Of a DNA stretch of 64,000 nt, positions 10,286-19,866 are shown piece by piece. Both the position numbers and the translations under genes were made by a program. The DNA is from Planctomycetota bacterium (lineage in GTDB: Bacteria > Planctomycetota > B15-G4): assembly GCA_965248575.1 (NCBI GenBank), contig CBDFJQ010000002.1:2464001-2528000 (forward strand). Reading direction: 5' to 3'. A model generated the notes under the pieces. It was not told where the DNA came from, did not search any database, and saw only the letters and a list, made by a program, of their open reading frames with translations. Positions within the stretch are counted from its first letter, which is position 1. Each line of letters opens with the position of its first letter.

Positions 10286-10600
10286 ATGATCCGGACGAAC
10301 ATCGAGAGCATTCCAGGCATGACGATCGTCGAGCACTATGGGCTGGTCCAGGGCAGCACCATTCGGGCCAAGCACATCGGGCGCGATATGATGGCAGGGC
10401 TCAAGAACATCGTCGGTGGCGAGCTGAGGGGCTACACCGAGCTGCTCGTAGAAGCGCGCAATGAAGCCGTCCAACGCATGGAGCAGCAGGCCATGGAGCT
10501 GGGTGCCAACGCCATCATCAATGTGCGCTTCTCCACCTCATCCGTAGCCCAGGGCGCCGCCGAGATGCTGGCCTATGGCACCGCGGTCCGAGCAGAGTAG
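10286..10600 (+). CDS. YbjQ / UPF0145 family protein
   Basis: KHIGRDMMAGLKNIVGGELRGY...GANAIINVRF...AYGTAV, the family signature. Confidence 0.93.
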   Translation: MIRTNIESIPGMTIVEHYGLVQGSTIRAKHIGRDMMAGLKNIVGGELRGYTELLVEARNEAVQRMEQQAMELGANAIINVRFSTSSVAQGAAEMLAYGTAVRAE

Positions 10601-10604
10601 ACCC

Positions 10605-11066
10605 ATGAGCGACCTGCTCGACATTCTTCCGCTCCTGCTGGGGCTCGTGTTGGTGCTGGTCGGCTTCGTCGCTGGACGTGCCGCAGAGAAGCAGCACTAC
10701 AGGAGCATCCGAACCCGGGAGCAGGAGTGGCTGAACATCCCGGCCGTCAGCTCCAAGACCCTGCATGACTCACGCCCCGTGGCGTCCAGCAACCTCGTCA
10801 GCGGCTCCGTGGTGGTGTCGGTGGACCACTTCAAGCGCATGCTCATGGCCTTCCGCAGCATCTGGGGCGGCGAGGTGAAATCCTATTCACCACTCATCGA
10901 CCGGGGCCGACGGGAAGCCCTGCTGCGCATGAAGGAATCCTGCCCCGACGCCGACCTCTTCCTGAACTGCCGGCTCGAGACGGCGGCCATCTCCAACGGT
11001 TACGGCAAGGCCGTCGGCACCGTTGAGGTCCATGCGTACGGAACCGCCGTGCGCTTCCTCGGGTGA
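10605..11066 (+). CDS. Membrane-anchored YbjQ-like protein
   Basis: N-terminal TM, then GGEVKSY...RREALLRM...AYGTAV. Paralog of the upstream gene. Confidence 0.85.
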   Translation: MSDLLDILPLLLGLVLVLVGFVAGRAAEKQHYRSIRTREQEWLNIPAVSSKTLHDSRPVASSNLVSGSVVVSVDHFKRMLMAFRSIWGGEVKSYSPLIDRGRREALLRMKESCPDADLFLNCRLETAAISNGYGKAVGTVEVHAYGTAVRFLG

Positions 11067-11902
11067 AGTTCGTCGCCAAGGAGCTCGTCGAGACAGCCGA
11101 CGTCTCCCAGGGCGAGACCCATTGGCACGACAAGCTGAAGCTCTTCCTGACGGTGAGCGCGGCCATCGTGCTCGCCTACTTCGGCCTCGGCGCCCTGGCG
11201 CAGGTGACAGCGACCCACATCTCGCCCGAGATGGAGGTCCAGCTCTTCCGCTGGATCGATCCGCCCGAAGAATGGGGCATCGAAAGCTGGACTGCCGACG
11301 CACCGGGCCGCGACAGCTTCAGCGAGTCGTTCCAACGCACGCAATCGATCTTCGAGGGCCTCCTGGCCCAGGGCGACCTCAGGCCGTTGCCCTACAGCCT
11401 GCACCTGGTTCAGCTGGAAGATCCCAACGCCTTCGCGATGCCGGGTGGCAACGTGGTCGTCACCTCGGGCCTCCTCGAGGCCCTGACCGACGACGTCAGC
11501 CTGGCCATGGTGCTCGCCCACGAGTTGGGCCATCAGCAGCACCGACACGTCCTGGAGCGCATGGGGCGCAGCCTGCTCCTCTCGGTCTGCATGAACGTGC
11601 TCTTGGGCAGCGCCGGGGGCTCCGGTCTGGTGGAGAGCTCCGTGCAGCTGGCCGAGGCCGGGCACTCCAGGGATCAGGAGCGGGAAGCCGATGCGTTCGG
11701 CCTGACGCTGGTGCACGGCGTGTACGGCAGCACGGAGGGGGCGGTGGGATTCTTCGAGCATCTCCTGGAGCGCTCGAAAGACGAAGGCGGCATGGAGTCC
11801 TGGGGGATCCTGCTCGCCTCGCACCCCGCGACCCCTGCCCGCATCGCTGATCTGCGGACCCTGGCTGAGCAGTTGGACGCAGGGGCCCAGCCCGGGCGTT
11901 AG
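11063..11902 (+). CDS. M48 family metallopeptidase
   Basis: PNAFAMPGG, HELGH, SRDQEREAD and SHP...R motifs. GTGA overlap with the previous gene. Confidence 0.92.
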   Translation: MKFVAKELVETADVSQGETHWHDKLKLFLTVSAAIVLAYFGLGALAQVTATHISPEMEVQLFRWIDPPEEWGIESWTADAPGRDSFSESFQRTQSIFEGLLAQGDLRPLPYSLHLVQLEDPNAFAMPGGNVVVTSGLLEALTDDVSLAMVLAHELGHQQHRHVLERMGRSLLLSVCMNVLLGSAGGSGLVESSVQLAEAGHSRDQEREADAFGLTLVHGVYGSTEGAVGFFEHLLERSKDEGGMESWGILLASHPATPARIADLRTLAEQLDAGAQPGR

Positions 11903-11923
11903 GGGCGTGATACGCTCGCGCGC

Positions 11924-14260
11924 GTGCTCACACCGCTCCCTGTACGACCGTTTCCTACCCTGCGGCAGGCTCTCTTCCTGGCGCCGCTGATGCTCGCCAT
12001 GACGATGCCAGGCTGTGGCGAGGCCGAGGCTCCATCGACGAGCACCGACACCAACAGCGATACCGGGGCCGGCGCTGCAAGCTCCGCCTCCGAGTCGGGC
12101 AGCACGTCCTTCAACGCGGGTCACGTGCGCATGCAAGAAGAGCTCGCTGCCATCCAGAAGAGCGTGGTGCGCGAGAACCGTTTCCTCGGCGACGCAGAGC
12201 TGATCTCCTTCCAGAAGCAGCTCGACCTCTTTCCAGGTGACGCCGAGCGCCGGGTGGATCTCCTGGTCGAGATCGCCGTACACCAGCTGAAGCTCGGACG
12301 GGCGCGCAAGTCCATCCAGAGCTTCAACGAGGCCCAGAAGCTCCTGCCGCAGCTCTCGGGCCGCAGCCGCCCCCGGGCCACGATGCGAGTGCTCTTCGGC
12401 CAGGGGCTCGCCTACCTGCGCCTGGGCGAGACGAGCAACTGCGTCGACTGCCACAGCGTCGACAGCTGCATCCTGCCCATCCGCGGCAGCGGCACCCATG
12501 AGTTCAAGGAGGGATCGCGCGGCGCCGTCGCTGCCTTCCTTGACCTCCTGCGCCAGCCCTCGTTGCCGGCCGCCGTGCAGAGCAAGGCGCGCTGGCTGCT
12601 GAACATCGCCGCCATGACCCTCGGCGAGTATCCCGGCGCCGTGCCAGAAGAGCATCGAATCCCCGAGCGTGTCTTCGAAGCGCAGGCCGACTTCACACGC
12701 TTCCGCGACGTAGCCTCGGACGTGGGCTTGGACAGCTTCAATCTGAGCGGCGGCGCCGTCATCGAGGACTTCGATGGCGACAACCGTCTGGACGTCCTGA
12801 CCTCGACCTGGGACTACTCCGGTGGAATGCACTCCTTCCAGAACCCAGGCACCGGGCGCTTCGAAGAACGCACGGCGGCAGCCGGGCTCGAAGGCTTCAC
12901 GGGCGGCCTCAACATGGTCCACGCCGACTACGACAACGACGGCGACGCCGATGTGCTCGTGTTGCGAGGGGCATGGTTCGATGCCCTCGGGCGCCACCCC
13001 AACTCCCTGCTTCAGAACGATGGCTCGGGGCGCTTCACCGACGTCAGCTTTGCGTCCGGCATGGGCGAGACCCACTACCCCACCCAGGCGGCGGCCTGGG
13101 CGGACTACGATCTGGACGGAGACCTCGACCTCTACGTCGCCAACGAGGCCGGCGAGCGGCACGTCTTCCCCTCGCAGCTCTTCCGCAACAGCTTGAACGA
13201 GGGCCTCCCGAGCTCTGCAGCCTTCCAAGATGTGGCCCGGCAATCGGGTGTCGAGAACCTGCGCTACTCCAAGGGCGTGAGTTGGGGTGACTACGACGAC
13301 GACGGCCTGCCCGACCTCTACGTCTCCAACTACACCGACCCCAACCGCCTCTACCAAAACCAAGGAGATGGCCGCTTCGAGGATGTGGCGTCGGCGTCCG
13401 CCGTGCTCGACCCGATCCAGAGCTTCGTGCCCTGGTTCTGGGACTACAACAACGACGGCCTGCTGGATCTCTACGTCGCGGCCTACGTCGAAGATGTGTC
13501 CCAGAACATCGCTGGCATGCTCGGCGAACCCCACGCGGGTCAGTCGGGCCGTTTGTACAAGGGGGATGGCGCCGGAGGCTTCGAAGATGTCACCGATGCC
13601 TGCGGGCTCTCCGCGTTGGTCACGACCATGGGGGCCAGCTACGGCGACCTGGACAACGACGGCTGGCTCGACTTCTACCTGGGCACCGGTTACCCAAGCT
13701 ATGAGGCCCTGACCCCCAACGTCATGTACCGGAACGTCGACGGTCAGCGCTTCGAAGATGTCTCCATTGCTGGCGGCTTCTCCCACTTGCAGAAGGGCCA
13801 CGCCGTGGTCTTCGCGGACCTCGATGACGACGGCGACCAGGACGTCTTCCAGCAGATGGGCGGCGCCTACCTCGGGGACTCCTTCCACGATGTGCTCTAC
13901 GAGAACCCGGGCCACGGCAACCACTGGCTGCGCCTGAAGCTCGTGGGCAGCACGAGCAACCGCTCGGGGCTCGGCGTGCGCCTCAGAGTGGACTTCACGG
14001 AGCAGGGCAAGGCCCGGTCCATCCACCGGCGACTCCCCGTCAGCGGCTCCTTCGGCTCGGCCCCGCTCCAGCACCACCTGGGGCTAGGGAAGGCTGCCAG
14101 CATCGACCGCCTGACGCTGCAGTGGCCGGCCTCTGGTGTCGAGCAGGTTTTCGAAGCCGTCCCAGTGGATCGTGCCTATCAAGTCCACGAGGACGAGGAC
14201 GCCATGCGGCCTTTGCAGCTGTCCCCCTTCCAGTTCCAGCAGCCGAAGGGCTCGCGCTGA
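11924..14260 (+). CDS. CRTAC1 / ASPIC-UnbV family FG-GAP repeat protein, probable lipoprotein
   Basis: Repeated DYDNDGD.D Ca-binding blades, C-terminal NHWL.LKLVG..SNR..LG...HLGLG (ASPIC/UnbV) and an N-terminal TPR-like region. Confidence 0.9.
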   Translation: MLTPLPVRPFPTLRQALFLAPLMLAMTMPGCGEAEAPSTSTDTNSDTGAGAASSASESGSTSFNAGHVRMQEELAAIQKSVVRENRFLGDAELISFQKQLDLFPGDAERRVDLLVEIAVHQLKLGRARKSIQSFNEAQKLLPQLSGRSRPRATMRVLFGQGLAYLRLGETSNCVDCHSVDSCILPIRGSGTHEFKEGSRGAVAAFLDLLRQPSLPAAVQSKARWLLNIAAMTLGEYPGAVPEEHRIPERVFEAQADFTRFRDVASDVGLDSFNLSGGAVIEDFDGDNRLDVLTSTWDYSGGMHSFQNPGTGRFEERTAAAGLEGFTGGLNMVHADYDNDGDADVLVLRGAWFDALGRHPNSLLQNDGSGRFTDVSFASGMGETHYPTQAAAWADYDLDGDLDLYVANEAGERHVFPSQLFRNSLNEGLPSSAAFQDVARQSGVENLRYSKGVSWGDYDDDGLPDLYVSNYTDPNRLYQNQGDGRFEDVASASAVLDPIQSFVPWFWDYNNDGLLDLYVAAYVEDVSQNIAGMLGEPHAGQSGRLYKGDGAGGFEDVTDACGLSALVTTMGASYGDLDNDGWLDFYLGTGYPSYEALTPNVMYRNVDGQRFEDVSIAGGFSHLQKGHAVVFADLDDDGDQDVFQQMGGAYLGDSFHDVLYENPGHGNHWLRLKLVGSTSNRSGLGVRLRVDFTEQGKARSIHRRLPVSGSFGSAPLQHHLGLGKAASIDRLTLQWPASGVEQVFEAVPVDRAYQVHEDEDAMRPLQLSPFQFQQPKGSR

Positions 14261-14274
14261 GGTCGCCCATTCCC

Positions 14275-15828
14275 ATGGCCTTCTTGCTGCTGCTGTTCGC
14301 GTCCATGGCCCCCGTGCTGGCCTCGACTCCGGCTCCGATTCCTGTACCCAATCCTGTCCAGGGCCCGACACAGGATTCGGAACAGGTTGCAGCGGGCGTT
14401 GCGGAGCCAGCGGACTCCGAGCGCCCCAGCGGGCTCATCCTCCACGAGCCGGCTGCCTTCGAGGGCTACACCCTCGTGGGGCCCATCCGGTCCAGCTCCG
14501 TCTACTTGCTGAAGATGGACGGCACGGTGGCTCATCGCTGGGAGACGGACTCCTCTCCCGGCGCCTCCGTCAGTTTGTTGGGCGACGGAAGCCTGCTGCG
14601 CTGCACACGCGTCTGGGAAAATCCCGTTTTCCGCGGTGGCGGCATCGGCGGCCGTTTGCAGCTCATCTCCTGGGAGGGCGAGCTGCTCTGGGATTACCCC
14701 ATGGCAAGTGAGTCCATCACGCAGCACCACGATGCCGAAGCCCTGCCGAACGGCAACATGCTGGTGATCGTCTGGGAGCGCAAGCCGCCGGGCACCGCGG
14801 AGCAGGCCGGAAGGGATCCTCAGGTCTTGGGGCCCGATGGCCTCTGGCCCGATGCCGTGCTGGAGATCAAGCCTCTGCCACCCAGCGGGGGTGAAGTGGT
14901 TTGGGAGTGGCACGCGTGGGACCACCTCATCCAGGACCAGAACCCACGCAAGGACAACTTCGGGGTGGTGGCCAACCACCCCGAACGCATCGACATCAAC
15001 GGCGACCTCCTGAGCCCGGAGCAGCACGCGGAGGAGCGTCGGCGTGCAGCCGATCTGGCCCGGCAGATGTTGGAGCTGGGTTATGTTGCCGGCGGCAAGG
15101 ATGGCGCCGGGGGCGGCACAGAAGCCCGGGTCAGCGGAGACTGGCTGCACACCAACTCCGTCTCCTACCACCCGGAGTTCGATCTGATCCTGCTCAGCAC
15201 CCCCCGTTTCCACGAGGTCTGGGTGATCGACCACTCCACGACGACGGCCGAGGCCGCCGGGAGCCGGGGTGGACGCTGGGGACTCGGCGGCGACCTGCTG
15301 TATCGCTGGGGAAACCCCGCTGCCTCTCAACGAGGCCTCCGGGGCGATCGCCAGCTGTTTGCCCAGCACGACGCCCGCTGGGTGCTGACAGCGGACGGGC
15401 CGGATTCCGCCACCCAGGAATTGCGGCTCACCCTCTTCAACAACGGGCAGGGTCGACCCGGGGGTGATCAATCCTCCGTCGACGAGCTGCTGTTGCCCTT
15501 CGACCCCGACACCGGCTTCCGGCTCGACGGGGAGTCGGCCTACGGCCCGAGCCAACCCCTCTGGTCCTACGGCAGCGGGGAGGGTGAGTCCTTCTACTCA
15601 GCCTTCATCTCGGGCGCGCAGCGTCTGCCCAACGGCAACACTCTCGTCTGCGCCGGCCCCCAGGGCAGGGTGTTCGAAGTCACCCCCGAGGGGCACATCG
15701 TGTGGGAGTTCTGGAACCCCTTCGGGGGCGATGTGCGCGCCAACCCCAACGGCGGCCGCGTCCCAGACCAGGCGCTCTTCCGCGCGCGACGCTTCGCCCC
15801 GGAGCATCCGGGAGTGTCACGGCTCTAG
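14275..15828 (+). CDS. Aryl-sulfate sulfotransferase (ASST) family protein, secreted
   Basis: QHHD...LPNGN, DWLHTNS, GDLLYRWGNP, QHDARW and SGAQRLPNGNTL motifs. Confidence 0.88.
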   Translation: MAFLLLLFASMAPVLASTPAPIPVPNPVQGPTQDSEQVAAGVAEPADSERPSGLILHEPAAFEGYTLVGPIRSSSVYLLKMDGTVAHRWETDSSPGASVSLLGDGSLLRCTRVWENPVFRGGGIGGRLQLISWEGELLWDYPMASESITQHHDAEALPNGNMLVIVWERKPPGTAEQAGRDPQVLGPDGLWPDAVLEIKPLPPSGGEVVWEWHAWDHLIQDQNPRKDNFGVVANHPERIDINGDLLSPEQHAEERRRAADLARQMLELGYVAGGKDGAGGGTEARVSGDWLHTNSVSYHPEFDLILLSTPRFHEVWVIDHSTTTAEAAGSRGGRWGLGGDLLYRWGNPAASQRGLRGDRQLFAQHDARWVLTADGPDSATQELRLTLFNNGQGRPGGDQSSVDELLLPFDPDTGFRLDGESAYGPSQPLWSYGSGEGESFYSAFISGAQRLPNGNTLVCAGPQGRVFEVTPEGHIVWEFWNPFGGDVRANPNGGRVPDQALFRARRFAPEHPGVSRL

Positions 15829-15870
15829 CGTCCAGGCCTGGGGCGGCCGAGGTCCGGCGTTCCTGCCAAC

Positions 15871-16506
15871 CTACTTGTTGGGTTGGGGCGTGACACGCAG
15901 GTAAGGCTTCAGTTCCTTCCAGCCCCTGGGGAACTCACCCTTGGCATCCTCGTTCGACATGGTCGGAACGATGATGACATCCTCACCGTCCTTCCAGTTC
16001 ACGGGGGTGGCCACGTTGTGGTTCGCCGTCAGCTGCAGGGAATCGATGACGCGCAAGATCTCGTTGAAGTTGCGACCGGCCGACGGCGGATAGGTGATGG
16101 TCAACTTGACCTTCTTGTCTGGGCCGATGACGAACACCGAACGCACGGTGAAGGTCTCCGCCGCGTTGGGGTGGATCATGTCGTAGAGCTCGGACACCGT
16201 GCGATCGGGGTCACCCAACAACGGAAAATTCAACGCGGTTCCCTGGGTCTCTTCGATGTCTCCGGCCCAGGCCTTGTGGTCCTCGACAGAATCCACGCTC
16301 AGGCCGATGACCTTGCAATTGCGCTTCTCGAACTCGGGCTTGAGCCGCGCCACCTCACCCAGCTCGGTGGTGCAAACGGGCGTGAAGTCCTTGGGGTGCG
16401 AGAAGAGCACGCCCCAGCCGTCGCCCAGCCAGTCATGAAAGCTGATCGGGCCATCAGTGCTGTCCGCGTTGAAATCGGGTGCGGTATCCCCCAGACGAAT
16501 CGCCAT
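15871..16506 (-). CDS. 1-Cys peroxiredoxin (Prx6 subfamily)
   Basis: FSHPKDFTPVCTTE, GRNFNEILRVIDSLQ and ATPVNW motifs. Confidence 0.96.
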   Translation of the reverse strand: MAIRLGDTAPDFNADSTDGPISFHDWLGDGWGVLFSHPKDFTPVCTTELGEVARLKPEFEKRNCKVIGLSVDSVEDHKAWAGDIEETQGTALNFPLLGDPDRTVSELYDMIHPNAAETFTVRSVFVIGPDKKVKLTITYPPSAGRNFNEILRVIDSLQLTANHNVATPVNWKDGEDVIIVPTMSNEDAKGEFPRGWKELKPYLRVTPQPNK

Positions 16507-16586
16507 TTCTTTCTCCTTGGTGCCTTCCCAGGCAGGTTGACTGCGCCTTCCAGGCGAGTGTCGAGGCACCATAGCGCATCAGCCTT

Positions 16587-17729
16587 TCAGCGCGCATCCA
16601 CACCCCCGGAGATCAGCTCCATGAGCCACGTAGGCAGGGGGGCCATGGGCATCCGCTCGGTGCGAAACAGCTCCCATGCCCGCTCCCGATGCCGGGCCCA
16701 GCGACGGTCCATCTGCTCGGGGTCCACCAAGCCGGAAACGTGGATCTCCCGAACGAAGGGACACCAGCGGAAGCCAAGACGACCGTAGAGTCCCTTGTCC
16801 TTGGGCACGCTGACCATGCCGTAGCCCTGCAAGCTCGCGACGAGCCTCGTACTCTTCACCACCAACTTCAGCGTGTAGGGCTCCCCCCACATCATGTCGT
16901 ACTTGCCGCCGGGAGTCCGGTCGGTGTCCAACAGTTCCGACTGCCCGCCGTCCCAGCCATAGACCACCCCCTGGCTCCAGAGCCCCTTGGATTTCCGATA
17001 GGTCGACGGCCAGGTGTAGTCCACCGTGTAGGCGAGCCCCGCATCCCCTGACAGCGAGAGTGTCGGCGGACGCTTCCGATCCTGGGCGTGCTCAGGGAGC
17101 ACGCCTTCGACCGACATCTGGCAGCCGCCGCGAAAGGGGACCTCGAACATCAGCAAGCCTCCCTCAGAAACAAACCCCTGCGGATGAAAGGAATAGGGAG
17201 ACACGCCCCCCGAGAGATTCAGCGCGGCGTCTCGAACGGGTGCGTCTTGGCGGACGGCCGAACGGGCGTCGAAACGCAACCGTAGGCGACCCGATCGACG
17301 ATTCCAGGAACCGCTGGTGGCACCCAGCAGGGTCTCCACGGGCGGTGCCGTGTAATGTCGTTCGAACACGCACTGCCGCGCCAGTTCCCGCGCATGAGAT
17401 CCGTAACGCTCCCGATCGGTCAGCGTCCCTAGGCCGGTCCAGACCTGCTTCAAGAGGCGCTCAGCGTCGCGCACTCGGCCCTCCCGCAGCCTGCGCTCGA
17501 TTTGCTCCCACATCTGCTCGACATCAGCTCCCTGCTGCGATGCCGGAGAGTCTGACCTCAGCCGCAAGACTGGTTCCGGGCCCATGGCTGAGGCCTGGCC
17601 GCTCAGTCCGAGCCACAGGAAGGCGCTTGCCAAGCACAGGGGCGCCCTCGATGCCGACCCGTCTTCCAGGCCGGCCCGAGCCCGCATGACACGGCTCAAG
17701 GTCAGAAACACTGCGCTGTGTGCCTTCAC
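16587..17729 (-). CDS. Hypothetical secreted protein
   Basis: Long ORF filling the gap between genes, with a hydrophobic signal-like segment and GGAGG upstream. No family recognised. Start uncertain. Confidence 0.55.
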   Translation of the reverse strand: MKAHSAVFLTLSRVMRARAGLEDGSASRAPLCLASAFLWLGLSGQASAMGPEPVLRLRSDSPASQQGADVEQMWEQIERRLREGRVRDAERLLKQVWTGLGTLTDRERYGSHARELARQCVFERHYTAPPVETLLGATSGSWNRRSGRLRLRFDARSAVRQDAPVRDAALNLSGGVSPYSFHPQGFVSEGGLLMFEVPFRGGCQMSVEGVLPEHAQDRKRPPTLSLSGDAGLAYTVDYTWPSTYRKSKGLWSQGVVYGWDGGQSELLDTDRTPGGKYDMMWGEPYTLKLVVKSTRLVASLQGYGMVSVPKDKGLYGRLGFRWCPFVREIHVSGLVDPEQMDRRWARHRERAWELFRTERMPMAPLPTWLMELISGGVDAR

Positions 17730-17876
17730 CTCTTCTTCACCTCCCCTTCTCCTCCACCCGAGTCCCTCACTTCCAACGTTCCCCGCTTCCTACCACTCGA
17801 CGGAGCAACATCCCCCACGTGACAGGGCTCCTTTTGTTGTTTCGACCCAGCTCCGGACCTAGCCTGCACGAGAGAC

Positions 17877-18368
17877 ATGACCCTCACCCACGGCCGTCAC
17901 CGCTCGGACCTCCACGCCATGCAGATCTCAACAAACCGGCCGGTGCCCGCTCGGCGCTGGCCAAGGGCCCTCACCGCTCTCCTGTTGCTCACGGTCGTTG
18001 TGCTGCCCCAGGCCTGCGTGGGTCCCAGCGACCGCTTGGACGAGAAATTCCGGCACACCATCTCTGAGACCTTCGACGAGCCACCGGGTGTCGTGGTCGA
18101 TCTCGTGGACTCCACTCTCGAGACCCTGCGGCTGCGAATCATGTCGCAGATGATCACGTCCGTAGATGGCCGCTTCGAGGTGCGCACCGCCATGGGCGAT
18201 GACTACCGGGTGGTGGTGGAAGGCCTGCGTACGGATCTCACGCGGGTCGCCGTGGACATGACGTCCGTCCGTCACACTGAACGGGCCCGTCTCATCTTGA
18301 CGGAGATCAGCTCCCGCATCCGTTCCCTGCGATCCGGCCTGCAGTCGGCCAAGGACGAGGCACTGTAA
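17877..18368 (+). CDS. Lipoprotein, DUF3568-like
   Basis: Signal peptide ending LPQAC, followed by a short alpha/beta domain resembling DUF3568. Confidence 0.6.
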   Translation: MTLTHGRHRSDLHAMQISTNRPVPARRWPRALTALLLLTVVVLPQACVGPSDRLDEKFRHTISETFDEPPGVVVDLVDSTLETLRLRIMSQMITSVDGRFEVRTAMGDDYRVVVEGLRTDLTRVAVDMTSVRHTERARLILTEISSRIRSLRSGLQSAKDEAL

Positions 18369-18377
18369 GAGGACGCC

Positions 18378-19457
18378 GTGCTCGAGTTCGCGCCACTCCG
18401 GGAGTGGGCCGCAGTCTTGCGGCGCCATCGCATTGGGCGTCCCTTCCTCCTGCGGGCAGGCACCGGCCTCGCGCTGAGCACGGCGACCCTGCCGCTCCGT
18501 GTGTACGAAAGCCTGCGACACGGGCGGCGCCTGGCGGCGACACGGATCCACCCCTCACCGGTCTTCGTGGTGGGCTGCGCCCGCAGCGGTACCACGCATC
18601 TGCACAACCTGCTCTCACGAGACCCGCAGTTCGGGTACGTCACGAACTTCCAGGCCATGTTCCAGGCCTTCGCGCTGAGCGGCTCCCGCTGGCTCCAGCC
18701 ACTCATCGAACGCTTCGATCCACCGTCACGCCCCATGGACAATGTGACCTTGGACATGCGCGGCCCCCAGGAAGAGGACGTGGCCATCGCCAACTGTTCC
18801 CGGCACTCGGGGATCCACTGCAACACCTTCCCGCAAGACTTCCAGGCCCTGTTCCGCGACTACGTCCTCTGCGAGTTCGACGCGCCCACGCGCGCGGCCT
18901 GGAAGGCCGCCTTCCTGGGCGTCCTGCGCAAGGCCACCGATGCCTCGGGTGGCAAGCGCTTGATCCTCAAGAGCCCCACCAACACCGGCCGCCTCCCCGT
19001 GCTGCTGGAGATGTTCCCCGACGCACGCTTCATCCATATCCACCGCGACCCCTATCGGGTGTTCCAGAGCATCGCCAGCGCGGCGCGCAAGATCCTGCCC
19101 ATGCTGCAAATGCAGGAGCTCGACTGGGAGGAGGTCGAGGACAACTTCGTGCTCAGCTACCAGTCGATGATGGGCAAGTTCCTGAACGACCGCACGGCGG
19201 TCCCCGCCGGACAGATCGCGGACGTCGCCTTCGCCGATATCGAGACCCAACCGCTCCAGGAGCTGGAACGCCTCTACGCCGAACTGGACCTGGGTCATTA
19301 CCCCAGCGTCGAGCAGAACTTCAGGACCTACCTCGACTCCCTCGGCCACTACCAGAAGAACAGCTACGAACTCTCAGACGACGTCATCCAGCGCGTCACT
19401 CGAGACTGGGGTTTCGCCCTCGACGCCCTGGGCTACCCAAAGCGTGGGGGCGGCTAG
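18378..19457 (+). CDS. PAPS-dependent sulfotransferase
   Basis: RSGTTHLHNLL (5'-PSB loop), RPMDN, LKSP and FIHIHRDP motifs. Confidence 0.92.
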   Translation: MLEFAPLREWAAVLRRHRIGRPFLLRAGTGLALSTATLPLRVYESLRHGRRLAATRIHPSPVFVVGCARSGTTHLHNLLSRDPQFGYVTNFQAMFQAFALSGSRWLQPLIERFDPPSRPMDNVTLDMRGPQEEDVAIANCSRHSGIHCNTFPQDFQALFRDYVLCEFDAPTRAAWKAAFLGVLRKATDASGGKRLILKSPTNTGRLPVLLEMFPDARFIHIHRDPYRVFQSIASAARKILPMLQMQELDWEEVEDNFVLSYQSMMGKFLNDRTAVPAGQIADVAFADIETQPLQELERLYAELDLGHYPSVEQNFRTYLDSLGHYQKNSYELSDDVIQRVTRDWGFALDALGYPKRGGG

Positions 19458-19494
19458 GCGCCTGCGTTGTTTGGGCTGACGTTGTTGGCAGCGA

Positions 19495-19618
19495 GCCGGG
19501 GGCGTCTGAGTTTTTTGACCCTTGGTCTGCTGCTCAGACAACGAGGCGAACAGACGCCTCGAAAACTCGCCTCAGACCAAGGGTCAAAAAACTCAGCCGT
19601 CCCCTCCCCGGTGCAGAG
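19495..19618 (+). repeat. Structured hairpin element, copy 1
   Basis: Perfect 24-bp inverted repeat (19506-19529 / 19573-19596) enclosing a 43-nt core. Confidence 0.9.
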
Positions 19619-19746
19619 CGTCGGCTCAGCGACGTAGGCACCTCGCCTCAGGGTGATTGATTCGTAGGGGCACGAGCAGTGTCAGCCCCGAAGCTTCACC
19701 AGCAATGCGGCTGTTGGAGTGGCCCCCTCGGCAAAGCGCCCGCGAC

Positions 19747-19866
19747 TCTCCACCGGGGAGGGTGTCCCTTTTTGTGGACTGCAAATCTGAGGCGAGTTCT
19801 CGAGGCGTCTTTCCGCCTCGTTGTCTGAGCAGCAGATTTGCTGTCCACAAAAAGAGACACCCGGCA
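19747..19866 (-). repeat. Structured hairpin element, copy 2 (inverted relative to copy 1)
   Basis: 30-bp inverted repeat with 2 mismatches (19760-19789 / 19833-19862) enclosing the reverse complement of the copy-1 core (40/43 identical). Confidence 0.9.

Noticed and set aside
11000..14077. 1025-aa minus-strand ORF
   Set aside because: Antisense shadow of the M48 and CRTAC1 genes. Such shadows are expected at high GC3, and it has no recognisable motifs.
19495..19866. CRISPR array or integron attC interpretation of the hairpin pair
   Set aside because: Only two copies, inverted rather than direct, with no spacer series, no cas or integrase gene and no clear attC end boxes.
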